DNA of 45,539 nt from Actinomycetota bacterium. GTDB taxonomy: Bacteria > Actinomycetota > Acidimicrobiia > Spongiisociales > UBA4744. The stretch covers positions 1 through 45,539 of the forward strand of contig JAADGS010000037.1 in NCBI GenBank assembly GCA_013152275.1. Reading direction: 5' to 3'. The notes below the pieces were generated by a model. The model did not search any database. It was given only the letters and a program-made list of their open reading frames with translations, and had not been told where the DNA came from. Numbering within the stretch: the first letter of the stretch is position 1; every line of letters starts with the position of its first letter. Below are positions 9,204-18,711 of this stretch, piece after piece. The position numbers and the translations under genes are program-made.

Positions 9204-10085
9204 ATGAAGCGCTCTGCGCTTTGGTTTGCGCTCTCCGCCGCGCTGTTGTGGGGCGTGAGTGGAACCGTTGCGGCGGATGTGTTCAACAAAGTCCCTCCTC
9301 CTCGTGTCGCGGAGGTGCGGGCTCTCGTGGCGGCACTGTTCCTCGTTCCGTACGCCGGCTTGCGAGGGCAGCTCCGAACCCGTGGCAACGGATTGTGGCT
9401 GGTCCTGTTCGGACTCACTCTGGCAACGGTGCATGTCACCTACTACTGGGCCATCGAGGGCTTGGGTGTCGGCCCCGGTGTGACCGTGCAGTTCCTGGCC
9501 CCGATCCTCGTGCTTTTCTGGATGCGGTTCGCGGAACGTCGTCACGTTGCCGTCGGCGTCTGGATCGCGGCCGTTGGGGCCGTTGCCGGCCTGGTGATGG
9601 TGACGCGTGCCTGGGAGGCCATCTCGGTCGACGCGTGGGCACTTGGAGCCGGGCTTGCATCCGCACTCACGTTCGCGACCTACCTGGTGATGGGGGAACG
9701 GCTCGGGCGCCGCATCGGCGCGGTCACGATCCTCACGTACGGATTCGTCGTCGCGGCCGTATTCTGGCTCGTGGTCCAGCCGCTATGGACATTCCCGCGG
9801 GCGCTGGACGCGAAGGACATCTCCGAGCTCGTCTGGGTTGGCCTCGGAGGCACGATGGTGCCGTTTCTGTTGGAGATGGCGGCGCTTCGAAGAGCTGCCG
9901 CAGCCTTGGTGGGCCTGGTTGCGACGGTCGAGCCGGTCATCGCCGCCATGACGGCGTGGATATTCCTGAGCCAGGCCTTGACGCTCGTGCAGATCGTCGG
10001 CGGAGTCGCCGTGCTCGGTGCGGTCCTCCTGGTTCAGCGCCGGGGAGTTGCAGAGATCGAGGCTCCGATGCAACCGGGACGATGA
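9204..10085 (+). CDS. EamA/DMT family transporter
   Basis: About 10 TM helices, two EamA repeats (LWGVSG, QFLAPI, EPVIA, QIVGG); start 9189 or 9204. Confidence 0.9.
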   Translation: MKRSALWFALSAALLWGVSGTVAADVFNKVPPPRVAEVRALVAALFLVPYAGLRGQLRTRGNGLWLVLFGLTLATVHVTYYWAIEGLGVGPGVTVQFLAPILVLFWMRFAERRHVAVGVWIAAVGAVAGLVMVTRAWEAISVDAWALGAGLASALTFATYLVMGERLGRRIGAVTILTYGFVVAAVFWLVVQPLWTFPRALDAKDISELVWVGLGGTMVPFLLEMAALRRAAAALVGLVATVEPVIAAMTAWIFLSQALTLVQIVGGVAVLGAVLLVQRRGVAEIEAPMQPGR

Positions 10086-10096
10086 ATGCCGGCGAC

Positions 10097-10200
10097 CAGT
10101 GTTCGGTCATCAGTCTTCAGTTGTCGGCAAGACACGCGGCCACGCGTAGTTCGTATCTGATGACCGGCTGTTGACCGACGGCGGTCTGCCAGACTGGCGG
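10097..10200. repeat. Heptamer-based imperfect palindrome upstream of selD
   Basis: CAGTGTT CGGTCAT CAGTCTT CAGTTGT; CGGTCATCAG (10104-10113) is the reverse complement of CTGATGACCG (10157-10166). Confidence 0.55.
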
Positions 10201-10216
10201 TCGAAGGAGGTGACAC

Positions 10217-11266
10217 GTGGCGAAGAAGCTGACTGCGTTCTCGCACGGCAGCGGCTGAGCATGCAAGCTCGGTCCTGACGAGCTGGCGCAGGTCCTGCGC
10301 CGACTGCACAATCACCCGGTGACCTTCCATCCGGACCTGGTCGTCGGGTTGCACCTGGCCGACGACGCCGGCGTGTTCCGCATGCCCGGTGGCACGCTGC
10401 TGCTGCAGACGGTCGACTACTTCACCCCCGTCGTCGATGACGCCTTCGACTGGGGGCGCATCGCCGCGTCCAACGCGCTGTCCGACATCTACGCGATGGG
10501 CGGTACTCCGCTCACCGCCATGCAGCTCATCGGCTGGCCTCGTGGAGCGATCTCCTTCGATGTCCTCGACGACGTGATCGCCGGTGGGGTCGAGATCCTC
10601 CAGCAGGCAGGGTGTGTCCTCATCGGTGGGCATTCGGTCGACGATCGCGAGCCCAAGTACGGGTTCGCGGTGAGCGGCACCGTCGAAGAGAAGAACCTCG
10701 TCATGAATCGGGGCGCCCAACCCGGTGATGTGCTCGTGCTGACCAAGCCGTTGGGGACCGGCGTGATCGCCACCGCACTCAAGGCCGGCCGCGCTCCAGA
10801 GGAGGTCGTCTCCAGAGCCGTCACCACGATGGTGACACTCAACGAAGGCGCTGCGAAGGCGATGAACCGTGTTGGCGTCCATGCGGGCACCGACGTGACC
10901 GGCTTCGGGCTGCTGGGACACCTTTCCGAGATGCTCACGGCGTCGGAGGTGGGGGCAAGGATCCGCGTCGCCGATATCCCGCTGATGGACGGGCTGCGTT
11001 CGTTGGTCGAGGCGGGCTTGTTCCCCGGCGGGAGTGCCAGAAACCTCGAGGCGGTGCGCCCGACCCTCGTGGCCGAAGGGGTCGAGGATACGAGCATCCG
11101 GATCCTCGCGGATGCCCAGACGAGCGGCGGTCTGCTCATGGCGGTTGCACCCGAGCGTCTCGATGCGATGCTCGATGCACTCGTCGAGGAGCGCACACCG
11201 GCGGCGGCCGTCATCGGGGAGATCATCGAGGACGACTGCGCGTCGATCGTGGTGATCGGGTCTTGA
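10217..11266 (+). CDS. selD: Selenide, water dikinase (selenophosphate synthetase), selenocysteine-containing; UGA 10256-10258 = Sec14
   Basis: AAGGAGGT RBS at 10204-10211, GTG 10217, MAKKLTAFSHGSG-U-ACKLGPDEL in frame with ORF 10319..11266 (DDAGV, QTVDYFTP, SNALSDIYAMGG, GGHS, TDVTGFGLLGH, DAQTSGGLL). Confidence 0.95.
10259..10301 (+). promoter_or_regulatory. Candidate bacterial SECIS element
   Basis: Two hairpins directly 3' of the UGA: AGCTCG-GTCCTGA-CGAGCT (10266-10284) and GGCGCAG-GTC-CTGCGCC (10285-10301), both with G-starting loops. Confidence 0.6.
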
Positions 11267-12453
11267 ATCGAGAATCGTTGCAGGGGCATCAGGAGTGGGT
11301 GCTGGCGACCGCCGTGGGGCTGGTGATGACGGGTGCGAGTCTCGTCGCGCCGATCCTGCCCCTCTACGCTCTCGAGTTCGGTGTCAGCTACACGGCGGCC
11401 GGGGCTCTCATCACCGGATTCGCCTTGGCAAGGCTCTCCTTCGACATGATCGGAGGTGTGGCCGGCGACCGGTTCGGCGCCCGCCGTGTCACGATGAGCG
11501 GTGCGCTGCTCATCGCAGTCGCCGGTGTCACTGCGGCGCTGGCACCCTCGTATTGGGTGTTGCTCCTTTCACGCTTCATCGAAGGCGTCGGATCGGCGTT
11601 GTTCACCACGGCGGCGTTCCAGTTCCTCGTCCAAATCACCGAGCGATCCCGGCTCGGTCGGGCAACCGCGCTCTTCCAGACGGGAATGCTGGTTGGCTTT
11701 GCGATCGGTCCGTTCGCCGGCGGTTACCTTGCTCAACTCGGCGACTTCAGGACGCCGTTCTGGGCATACGCGGCGTTCGGAGTGCTGGTCGCCGTCATCT
11801 CCAGGCTCTTGATCACCGATGTCCCCTCTTCTGGCCGGACGATCGGCGAGGTGTTTCGCGCCGCGGGAAGCCTCCTGCGCAAGCGTGAGATTCGTGTCCT
11901 GGCGTTGGTCGCCTTCGCGCTGTTCGTCATGCGGTCGGGAGCGCGGATCACCCTGTTCCCTCTCTACGGCAACAAGGTCATCGGACTGGACCCGGCTTCG
12001 ATCGGAACCATCCTCAGTGTGTCGGCCGTCGCCAACCTGTTCGTCGTCAACTTCGTGGGGCGAATGGTCGACAGGGTCGGGAGGAAACCGGTTGCAGTCT
12101 GGGGTTTGGTGGCGTCCGCGTTCGCGACGGCGGCATATGGCGCGTTCGGCACGTTCACTTCTCTGATGATCGTTTCCGCGGTGTTCGGGGTCGCCTCGGG
12201 TGTAGCTTCGATTCCGCCGCCGACGATGGTCGGTGACCTCGCTCCCGAAGGGCTCGAAGGATCCGCGGTCGGCTTGTACAAGATGGCAGGCGACCTTGGG
12301 TTTGTCGTCGGTCCTCTCATGGTTGGGGCGATCGCCGACGCGGGAGCGTTCACCACCGGTTTCGTGGTCAGTGGCGCGATACTTCTCGTTGCCGCCGGTG
12401 CGATGCTCACCATCGGAGAGACGGGAAGAAAGCTCGGAAAGGCTTCGTCGTGA
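11263..12453 (+). CDS. MFS transporter (DHA1/TetA-like)
   Basis: About 12 TMs, motif A (G.AGDRFGARR; GRMVDRVGRK), GP.AGG; TTG start overlaps the selD stop (TTGA). Confidence 0.9.
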   Translation: MNRESLQGHQEWVLATAVGLVMTGASLVAPILPLYALEFGVSYTAAGALITGFALARLSFDMIGGVAGDRFGARRVTMSGALLIAVAGVTAALAPSYWVLLLSRFIEGVGSALFTTAAFQFLVQITERSRLGRATALFQTGMLVGFAIGPFAGGYLAQLGDFRTPFWAYAAFGVLVAVISRLLITDVPSSGRTIGEVFRAAGSLLRKREIRVLALVAFALFVMRSGARITLFPLYGNKVIGLDPASIGTILSVSAVANLFVVNFVGRMVDRVGRKPVAVWGLVASAFATAAYGAFGTFTSLMIVSAVFGVASGVASIPPPTMVGDLAPEGLEGSAVGLYKMAGDLGFVVGPLMVGAIADAGAFTTGFVVSGAILLVAAGAMLTIGETGRKLGKASS

Positions 12454-12863
12454 CGAGACTCGACAAGATCGCCGGGGCGCTGTCGATCGGAAGATTGCAG
12501 CGGCACATCTTCCTCTGTGCGCAGCAGGCCACGCCTCGCTGCTCGACCTACGAAGAGAGCGTCGAAGTATGGCGCTTTCTGAAGAAGCGGCTCAAGGATC
12601 TCGACCTCGCGAGCGCCCCCGCTCCATGGCGTGGTGACTTGGGCGTCGAACCCGATACTCCCCGAGGCACCGGCACGGTGCTGCGCTCGAAAGTCGACTG
12701 TTTTCGCATCTGCGAGCAAGGGCCGATCGCCGTCGTCTACCCGGAGGGGACGTGGTATCGGTCCGTGACGGTCGAGGTGATGGACCGCATCGTCACCGAG
12801 CATCTGATCGGGGGAGTTCCTGTGGAGGAGTTCGTGTTTGCGACCGATCGACTGGGAGCGTGA
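12450..12863 (+). CDS. Thioredoxin-like [2Fe-2S] ferredoxin
   Basis: RHIFLC...PRC...RSKVDCFRICEQGPIAVVYPEGTWY...EHLIGG; GTGA overlap with the MFS gene. Confidence 0.92.
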   Translation: MTRLDKIAGALSIGRLQRHIFLCAQQATPRCSTYEESVEVWRFLKKRLKDLDLASAPAPWRGDLGVEPDTPRGTGTVLRSKVDCFRICEQGPIAVVYPEGTWYRSVTVEVMDRIVTEHLIGGVPVEEFVFATDRLGA

Positions 12864-12864
12864 C

Positions 12865-13761
12865 GTGAAGCTGTTGAGAAGCCTTGGTCTTGGATGGCTG
12901 GCGTGGCGCCTGCTCGGTCCCGAAATGCCCCCGCGCTACACCGTGCCACAGCGGCACCCCCTGCTCCTGCCGGGCCGGACGGTGTTCGTGGGCGATCGGG
13001 AGGTGTTCGTTCGGGAGGCGGGACCGGCCGATGCCCAGGTGCTGGTGTTGCTGCACGGGCTCGGGCTCGATTCGATGCTGGCGTGGTACCGGCTCATCCC
13101 GTTACTCGCCGAGCGATTTCGTATTGTGTCCATCGACCTGCATGGCGCCGGCAAGACCGACAAGGGGCGCGACCCCTTCGAGATTGCCGACATGGCGGAT
13201 CAGGTCGCGGGCGCGTTGGGCGCGCTCGGCATCGACCAGGCAACGGTGGCCGGCTACTCGATGGGTGGTGCCGTCGCTCAGGAACTCGCTCACCGGCATC
13301 CACACCTCGTCGAACGGTTGGTGCTCATCGCCACGCTCTCCTATCACCCGCCGGCGTGGCGTTGGGGACGCACGGTCATAGGGCTGGTCGGTCGGGCGCT
13401 CGAGCGGGTCAGCAGGGTCGAGGTGTCGTGGGTCTGGTACCGGTATCTGCTGTGGGTCGGTGCCGTCGACCGGATCGGTGAACGTTGGCTGTGGGAGACA
13501 CGGATGAACCGTGATCCGGAGGTGCAGTACCGTTCGATGTTCGCGCTGTTGCGCTTCGACAGCCGGCGGTGGCTGGCAGGGCTGAACGTTCCCGCGCTGG
13601 TGATCATCCCGCAGTCGGACCAGCTGGTACTTCCGGCATGGCAGCGGGAGATGGCGGCACTCCTGCGGGATTCGACGGTGGTTGAGGTGGCCGGCGCTCG
13701 TCATGAGCTGCCGATGACGCATCCCGATCAGGTCGCCGAGGCGGTCGAGGAGTTCCGGTGA
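12865..13761 (+). CDS. Alpha/beta fold hydrolase
   Basis: LLHGLG, DLHGAG, GYSMGG nucleophile elbow, SDQLV, ARHE; GTG 1 nt after the ferredoxin stop. Confidence 0.9.
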   Translation: MKLLRSLGLGWLAWRLLGPEMPPRYTVPQRHPLLLPGRTVFVGDREVFVREAGPADAQVLVLLHGLGLDSMLAWYRLIPLLAERFRIVSIDLHGAGKTDKGRDPFEIADMADQVAGALGALGIDQATVAGYSMGGAVAQELAHRHPHLVERLVLIATLSYHPPAWRWGRTVIGLVGRALERVSRVEVSWVWYRYLLWVGAVDRIGERWLWETRMNRDPEVQYRSMFALLRFDSRRWLAGLNVPALVIIPQSDQLVLPAWQREMAALLRDSTVVEVAGARHELPMTHPDQVAEAVEEFR

Positions 13762-13795
13762 TCGAAGGTTTTCTCGCCGGCTCCCCTGAAATCCT

Positions 13796-13846
13796 CAGTC
13801 TCGTCTCTGCCGGCAGCACTGTTTGTGGCCGGCAGAGACGAGACTG
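13796..13846. repeat. Perfect 19-bp inverted repeat (palindrome family copy; possible bidirectional terminator)
   Basis: CAGTCTCGTCTCTGCCGGC-N13-GCCGGCAGAGACGAGACTG between convergent genes. Confidence 0.85.
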
Positions 13847-13848
13847 CG

Positions 13849-14994
13849 TCAACGACCGAGGAGCTTGGCCATCACGACCCGCTGGATCTGGTTGGTCCCC
13901 TCGTAGATCTGGGTGATCTTGGCGTCGCGCATCATGCGCTCTGCCGGATAGTCCCTCACATACCCGTAGCCACCAAGTATCTGTACCGCGTCGGTCGTGA
14001 CGTACATCGCAGTGTCCGATGCGAACGCCTTCGCGGCCGCGGCCACGTAGGTGAGTTGCGCATCCTTGCGGTCGATCATCGCATGTGCCTCGTACACGAG
14101 ATGCCGTGCCGCTCTCGTCTTCATATCCATGTCGGCGAGCATGAAGCCGATCGCCTGGTTGTCGATGATGCGACGGCCGAACTGCTTGCGCTCCTTCGCG
14201 TAGTCGCGGGCAAGCTCGAATGCTCCTTGGGCGATGCCGAGCGCCTGGGCGGCGATGCCGGGACGTGAACGGTCCAGCGTCATCATGGCGATCTTGAAGC
14301 CCTCACCTTCTTCGCCAACCAGGTTGTCCGCAGAGATGCGCACGTCGTCGAGGGTCAGCTCCCCGGTCGGGGAGCCGTGCAACCCCATCTTGTGCTCATA
14401 CCTCGTGACCTGGAATCCGGGTGTGGCGGCGGGGACGATGAAACACGATATGCCACGGTGGCCGGCATCGGGGTTGGTCTTGGCGAAAATGGTGTAGACG
14501 GTGGCGATGCCGGCGTTCGAAATGAAGCGCTTGCCGCCGTTGAGCACCCACTCGTCGCCATCGCGGACGGCCTTGGTCCGCATCGCTGCGACGTCCGATC
14601 CCGCCCCGGGTTCGGTGAGCCCGTACGCGGCCTGCTCTTCGCCCGCGATGATCTTGGGTATCCATGCGAGCTTCTGGTCGGACGTGCCTCTGAGCAGGAC
14701 CGGGATCATGCCCAGCTTGTTCAGCAGCGGGATCATCACGGCGGATGCGCTGACTCTGGACATCTCTTCCACGAGGATCGCCTGCGTGATCGAGTCTGCT
14801 CCGGCGCCGCCGGTGTCTTCGGGGAACATCACGGAGAGGAGGTCGGCCTTGACCATCTCCTCGTGGAGATCGGCCGGATACTCGTCCGTCGCGTCGATCT
14901 CCTCGGCACGAGGAGCGATCTTGTCCTCGGAGAATTGCCGGACCATCGCTCGGAAGTCGTCGTGGATCTCGGACAGCTGATAGGGGTCGTTCAC
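13849..14994 (-). CDS. Acyl-CoA dehydrogenase (short/medium-chain type)
   Basis: YGLTEPGAGSD, NGGKRFISN, KMGLHGS.T, R.QFG, GGYGY..DYP.ER.MRDAKITQIYEGTNQIQ; GTG 14994 with GAGGAG RBS. Confidence 0.95.
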   Translation of the reverse strand: MNDPYQLSEIHDDFRAMVRQFSEDKIAPRAEEIDATDEYPADLHEEMVKADLLSVMFPEDTGGAGADSITQAILVEEMSRVSASAVMIPLLNKLGMIPVLLRGTSDQKLAWIPKIIAGEEQAAYGLTEPGAGSDVAAMRTKAVRDGDEWVLNGGKRFISNAGIATVYTIFAKTNPDAGHRGISCFIVPAATPGFQVTRYEHKMGLHGSPTGELTLDDVRISADNLVGEEGEGFKIAMMTLDRSRPGIAAQALGIAQGAFELARDYAKERKQFGRRIIDNQAIGFMLADMDMKTRAARHLVYEAHAMIDRKDAQLTYVAAAAKAFASDTAMYVTTDAVQILGGYGYVRDYPAERMMRDAKITQIYEGTNQIQRVVMAKLLGR

Positions 14995-15225
14995 GATGTC
15001 TCCTCGGGGCATGTCAGGATTCCGGCCTGTTTGGCGAGCCAGACGCCAATGCCGATCAGAACGAGGAAGAACAGCAGCTTCTTCATGGAGAACGCCTTTC
15101 TCTCGGAATGCATCATAGAGCCTGCTCCAGCCCGGTCGACCGGCACGCTCCGGCTTCTTTGGCCGAGGCTTCCGAGAGCCGTGTCCAGATGCCGGGTGCC
15201 AGGGTTCGGGACTCGTGTCCAACCG

Positions 15226-17733
15226 TCAGTCGGTCGCCTCCGGCAGCAGCTTCAGGTGCTCCTCCGATGCCGCCACGATGCTGTCGCGGTCCCAGTAGAG
15301 CGGAGCCGTCTCACCTGTGGCCCACCGCTGGATCATGTCGTCGTAGTGGGGGTGATACGCGTGCCCCGACTGGCCGGTCGTGTAGATCGCGGTCGATGCA
15401 TCGAGGTCGGAGAAGTCGATCACCATGCGCATCGAGGGGAGCGCGACGACTTCATACCCTTTCTCGACGAGCCAGCTCGTCGCATTCACCATGTCGGTAC
15501 CGCCGGGTACCTTGAACGGTCCTCGGTTGAACAGCATCTCGATTGGTGCGATTCCGGACTTACCGAATGTCTGGTTCACGAACGTCGCCGTGTGCAGGTC
15601 GCCCCAGTGCCACGAGGCGGGGTCTCCGAGCGTGTCGTTCAACTCGTTCCACGAGGCCAGCAGTGCCGCTTCCAGGATGTCGTCGCGTGTCTCCACCGCC
15701 GAAGTGGTCTGGTCATCCCACCAGATGTTCGTCGGGTCGTCGAGGATCCGTCGGATCGCCTCGAGCGAAGAGTCCCTTCCCGACGGGCGTAGGCCTTCCG
15801 GCAGGTCGTCGTTGTAGACCAGGATCAGCAGGTTCTTCCATACGGCTCCGAAGAGCGCGGCCCCCTGGCTGTCGACATCGAAGCGGTACTCGCCATCGTC
15901 ACCCGCCCAGGACTCCAGGATTGCCTGGGCTTTTCGAACGTCCGGGACGCCGGAAGCAAGTCCGACCAGGCGGGGCAGGAGCACGTCGGCGTGGATACTG
16001 GCGGCGTCGAACTGCATGGCGCGCACGTCATCGGGGCTGATGGACGTTCCTGCTTCCTGGATCATGTCGACGATTCGCTGCGCCCGCGTTCCGTACGCCC
16101 ACTCGCGGGCCAGGAAAGGGCCGACTCCGGGGCGGGTCACGGCGTTGTTCGCGGTGACGATGAAGCCTTCGGGCGGGTCGAAGCTCGAAGGGAGCCGGTC
16201 GAAGGGGATGAATCCCGTCCACTCGTACGTGTCCGTCCATCCGGGGACGGGCATGCGCCCGTCGCCGGCGGCTCGAATCGGGATCTTTCCGGGAGCGTGA
16301 TATCCGATGTGGCCGTCGACGTCCGCGTAGACGAAGTTCTGGGAGGGGACGTCCCACATGCGGAGAGCATCTTGGAACTCGTCCCAGTTGGCGGCACGAT
16401 CGATTGCCACGATCGATTCGAGTGTTCGAGATGGTTCGAGTGCCGTCCAGCGAAGAGCGATCGCATATGGCTCGGGGAGTGGCGTGTCGGTCTTCTCGTC
16501 GAAGTCTTTGAGGCGTCCATAGACATCGGAGATGATCGGACCGTGGCGAGTCACCCGGACGTTCATCTGCACGGGCTCGCCGCCGGCGACAGCGATGGTC
16601 TCGGTGCGGGTCTCCGCATCAACCCATTCACCGTTGACCTCGTACTGATTCTGGTTGTCCGGGTTGATCTTCTCCACATACAGGTCCTGCACGTCCGCGG
16701 CGAGATTGGTCACACCCCAGGCGATGTTGGCGTTGTGGCCGATGACGATTCCTGGAGCGCCGAGGAGGGAGAAGCCGGCGACCTCATAGGGGCAGGCATC
16801 CGATACGTTCGTGCAATGCAGACCTGTCTCATACCAGATGGCGGGCATCTGGATGCCGAGATGTGGATCGTTTGCCAGGATCGGCTCGCCGGTGGAGGTC
16901 AGGGATCCGGAGATCACCCAGTTGTTCGAGCCGATGTCCGAACCGACCGGTCCCGTGAGCTGATTGATGAGCTCGATCGTATCTGCAGTGCGGGCGAGGA
17001 GGTCGTCTGTCTCCTCCGGCAGGACCGGAGCGGCTGCGCTCGTCGCCGAACTCGCGTAGTCGGGGACGATGACGGGCCGGTCTTGCGGATACGGCGGGTA
17101 CAGGTCATCGACACGATCCCCGATCAGCTTGGACGCTTTTGCACGAAAGATCTCCAGATCCATGTTGGAGCGCAGGTCCCACGCCATCACCTTGGCCCAG
17201 ACAAGGCTGTCGATCGGACTCCATGGCGCGGGGACGTAGGAACGATTGTTCAGCTTCAGGATCGCGTACTCCAGGCTCAGGGATGCTCCCTGATGATCGG
17301 AGAGGTACGCGTTGACGCCATCGGCGAACGAAGCAAGGGCGAGTGCGCTGTCCGGTGAGGCAGCCGCCCATTCCTGCTCGGCGATCCGTTCCCATCCAAG
17401 CGTACGGAGGAACTGGTCGGTTTCGACCTGGGATTCGCCGAAGATCTCTGCAAGACGTCCGCGACCGACGTGACGCTGGAAGTCCATCTGCCAGAAACGA
17501 TCCTGCGCCTGGACGTATCCCTGCGCGAAGAACAGGTCGTGACTGCTCGTCGCATAGATATGGGGCACGCCGTCTCCGTCGCGATAGATGTCGACAGGAT
17601 TCTGGAGACCACGAACAGTCAGTTCCCCATCCGTGGTGGGGAACGAGGCGCGCACGGTGAGGAACCCGCCGGCGGCGACCAGGACTACGAGAACGAGGAC
17701 GAGGATGAGGAGGATCTTGAAGAATCTGCGCAT
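15226..17733 (-). CDS. Penicillin acylase family Ntn-hydrolase, N-terminal membrane anchor
   Basis: GVPHIYA, QGY.QAQDR.WQMD, GSNNW (catalytic Ser), ANDPHL, GQSGH...HY.D. Confidence 0.95.
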   Translation of the reverse strand: MRRFFKILLILVLVLVVLVAAGGFLTVRASFPTTDGELTVRGLQNPVDIYRDGDGVPHIYATSSHDLFFAQGYVQAQDRFWQMDFQRHVGRGRLAEIFGESQVETDQFLRTLGWERIAEQEWAAASPDSALALASFADGVNAYLSDHQGASLSLEYAILKLNNRSYVPAPWSPIDSLVWAKVMAWDLRSNMDLEIFRAKASKLIGDRVDDLYPPYPQDRPVIVPDYASSATSAAAPVLPEETDDLLARTADTIELINQLTGPVGSDIGSNNWVISGSLTSTGEPILANDPHLGIQMPAIWYETGLHCTNVSDACPYEVAGFSLLGAPGIVIGHNANIAWGVTNLAADVQDLYVEKINPDNQNQYEVNGEWVDAETRTETIAVAGGEPVQMNVRVTRHGPIISDVYGRLKDFDEKTDTPLPEPYAIALRWTALEPSRTLESIVAIDRAANWDEFQDALRMWDVPSQNFVYADVDGHIGYHAPGKIPIRAAGDGRMPVPGWTDTYEWTGFIPFDRLPSSFDPPEGFIVTANNAVTRPGVGPFLAREWAYGTRAQRIVDMIQEAGTSISPDDVRAMQFDAASIHADVLLPRLVGLASGVPDVRKAQAILESWAGDDGEYRFDVDSQGAALFGAVWKNLLILVYNDDLPEGLRPSGRDSSLEAIRRILDDPTNIWWDDQTTSAVETRDDILEAALLASWNELNDTLGDPASWHWGDLHTATFVNQTFGKSGIAPIEMLFNRGPFKVPGGTDMVNATSWLVEKGYEVVALPSMRMVIDFSDLDASTAIYTTGQSGHAYHPHYDDMIQRWATGETAPLYWDRDSIVAASEEHLKLLPEATD

Positions 17734-17988
17734 GAGTCGAGGCTAGTGGCTCGGTAGGCAACGTTCCTGGCAGGCAAGGGGGAAGGACGGTCTGTCAAGG
17801 GGTATGTGGTCCGATCGCCGGTGATCGCGAGGCGTGAAGCGCCTTGACGCTCGTGAGCCGGTGGGCACTCTCAAAGCCGTTCGGCTGTTGCGGTCCCGGA
17901 ACAGCCGGCCGTTCCTGTTCCCTTGCCCGGCCGGTTCTCTCAGCCGGTGGAAGGGCGATGGTGATCGATATCGTTCCGGGCCGACGGT

Positions 17989-18708
17989 TCACTTCTCTTC
18001 CCATGTGAAGAACCAGCCTGCCAGCGCCGGGCCGAGGATGGCCCAGAAGATCATCGCGGCGAGGTCGGTGGGGAAGAAGCTTGCCTGGTGGAGTGCGGCA
18101 CGGAACAGTGCGGTGAGTGGCGCCGCCGGCAGGATCTTGGCGATCACGATCATGGCCGGCGGAAGCACCCAGATCGGGAAGATGATGTCACCGAGCACCA
18201 GCAGCGTGAGATAGAGGCCGTTGGCGACGGCGAGCGTCGCTTCGGCCCGGAAGGTCCCCGCGATGAACAGACCGATCCCCGACATCGCCGCCGATCCCAG
18301 CAGCATCGTCACGATGAACAGGCCGATGTTCGGGTCGGCGCTCCAGTGGAACACGGTCATCGCCACCCCGAGGAGGATCGCCACCTGGATGATCTCGATG
18401 ATGAACACCGAGGTCGTCTTGGCGATGATCAGCGCGGTGCGTGGCATGGGGGTCGCGCCGAGTCGTTTCAGAACGTGATATTTGCGTTCGAAGCCCGTCG
18501 TGATGGCCAGGCTCGTGAGCGATGCCGAGAGGATCGCCAGTGCGAGCAGCCCGGGGATGAGCATCTCCACGCTGAGCCCGAACAAGCCCGTGAAGCCGAA
18601 GAAGAGCAGGATCGTCAGCGGGACGAGAACGAGCAGGAGGATCGCCTCGCCACGCCGGGCGGCGTTGGTGAGCTCAAACCTGGTCTGTGCTCTGATCGCA
18701 CGCAGCAT
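17989..18708 (-). CDS. ABC-2 type exporter permease
   Basis: 6 TMs; ER...LKRLGATP..R. Confidence 0.9.
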   Translation of the reverse strand: MLRAIRAQTRFELTNAARRGEAILLLVLVPLTILLFFGFTGLFGLSVEMLIPGLLALAILSASLTSLAITTGFERKYHVLKRLGATPMPRTALIIAKTTSVFIIEIIQVAILLGVAMTVFHWSADPNIGLFIVTMLLGSAAMSGIGLFIAGTFRAEATLAVANGLYLTLLVLGDIIFPIWVLPPAMIVIAKILPAAPLTALFRAALHQASFFPTDLAAMIFWAILGPALAGWFFTWEEK

Positions 18709-18711
18709 CGG

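Noticed and set aside
17756..17777. Short matches (AGGCAACGTTC, TGGCAGGCAA) to the MITE terminal repeat
   Set aside because: Only 10-11 nt, scrambled order and no partner end; cannot be distinguished from chance
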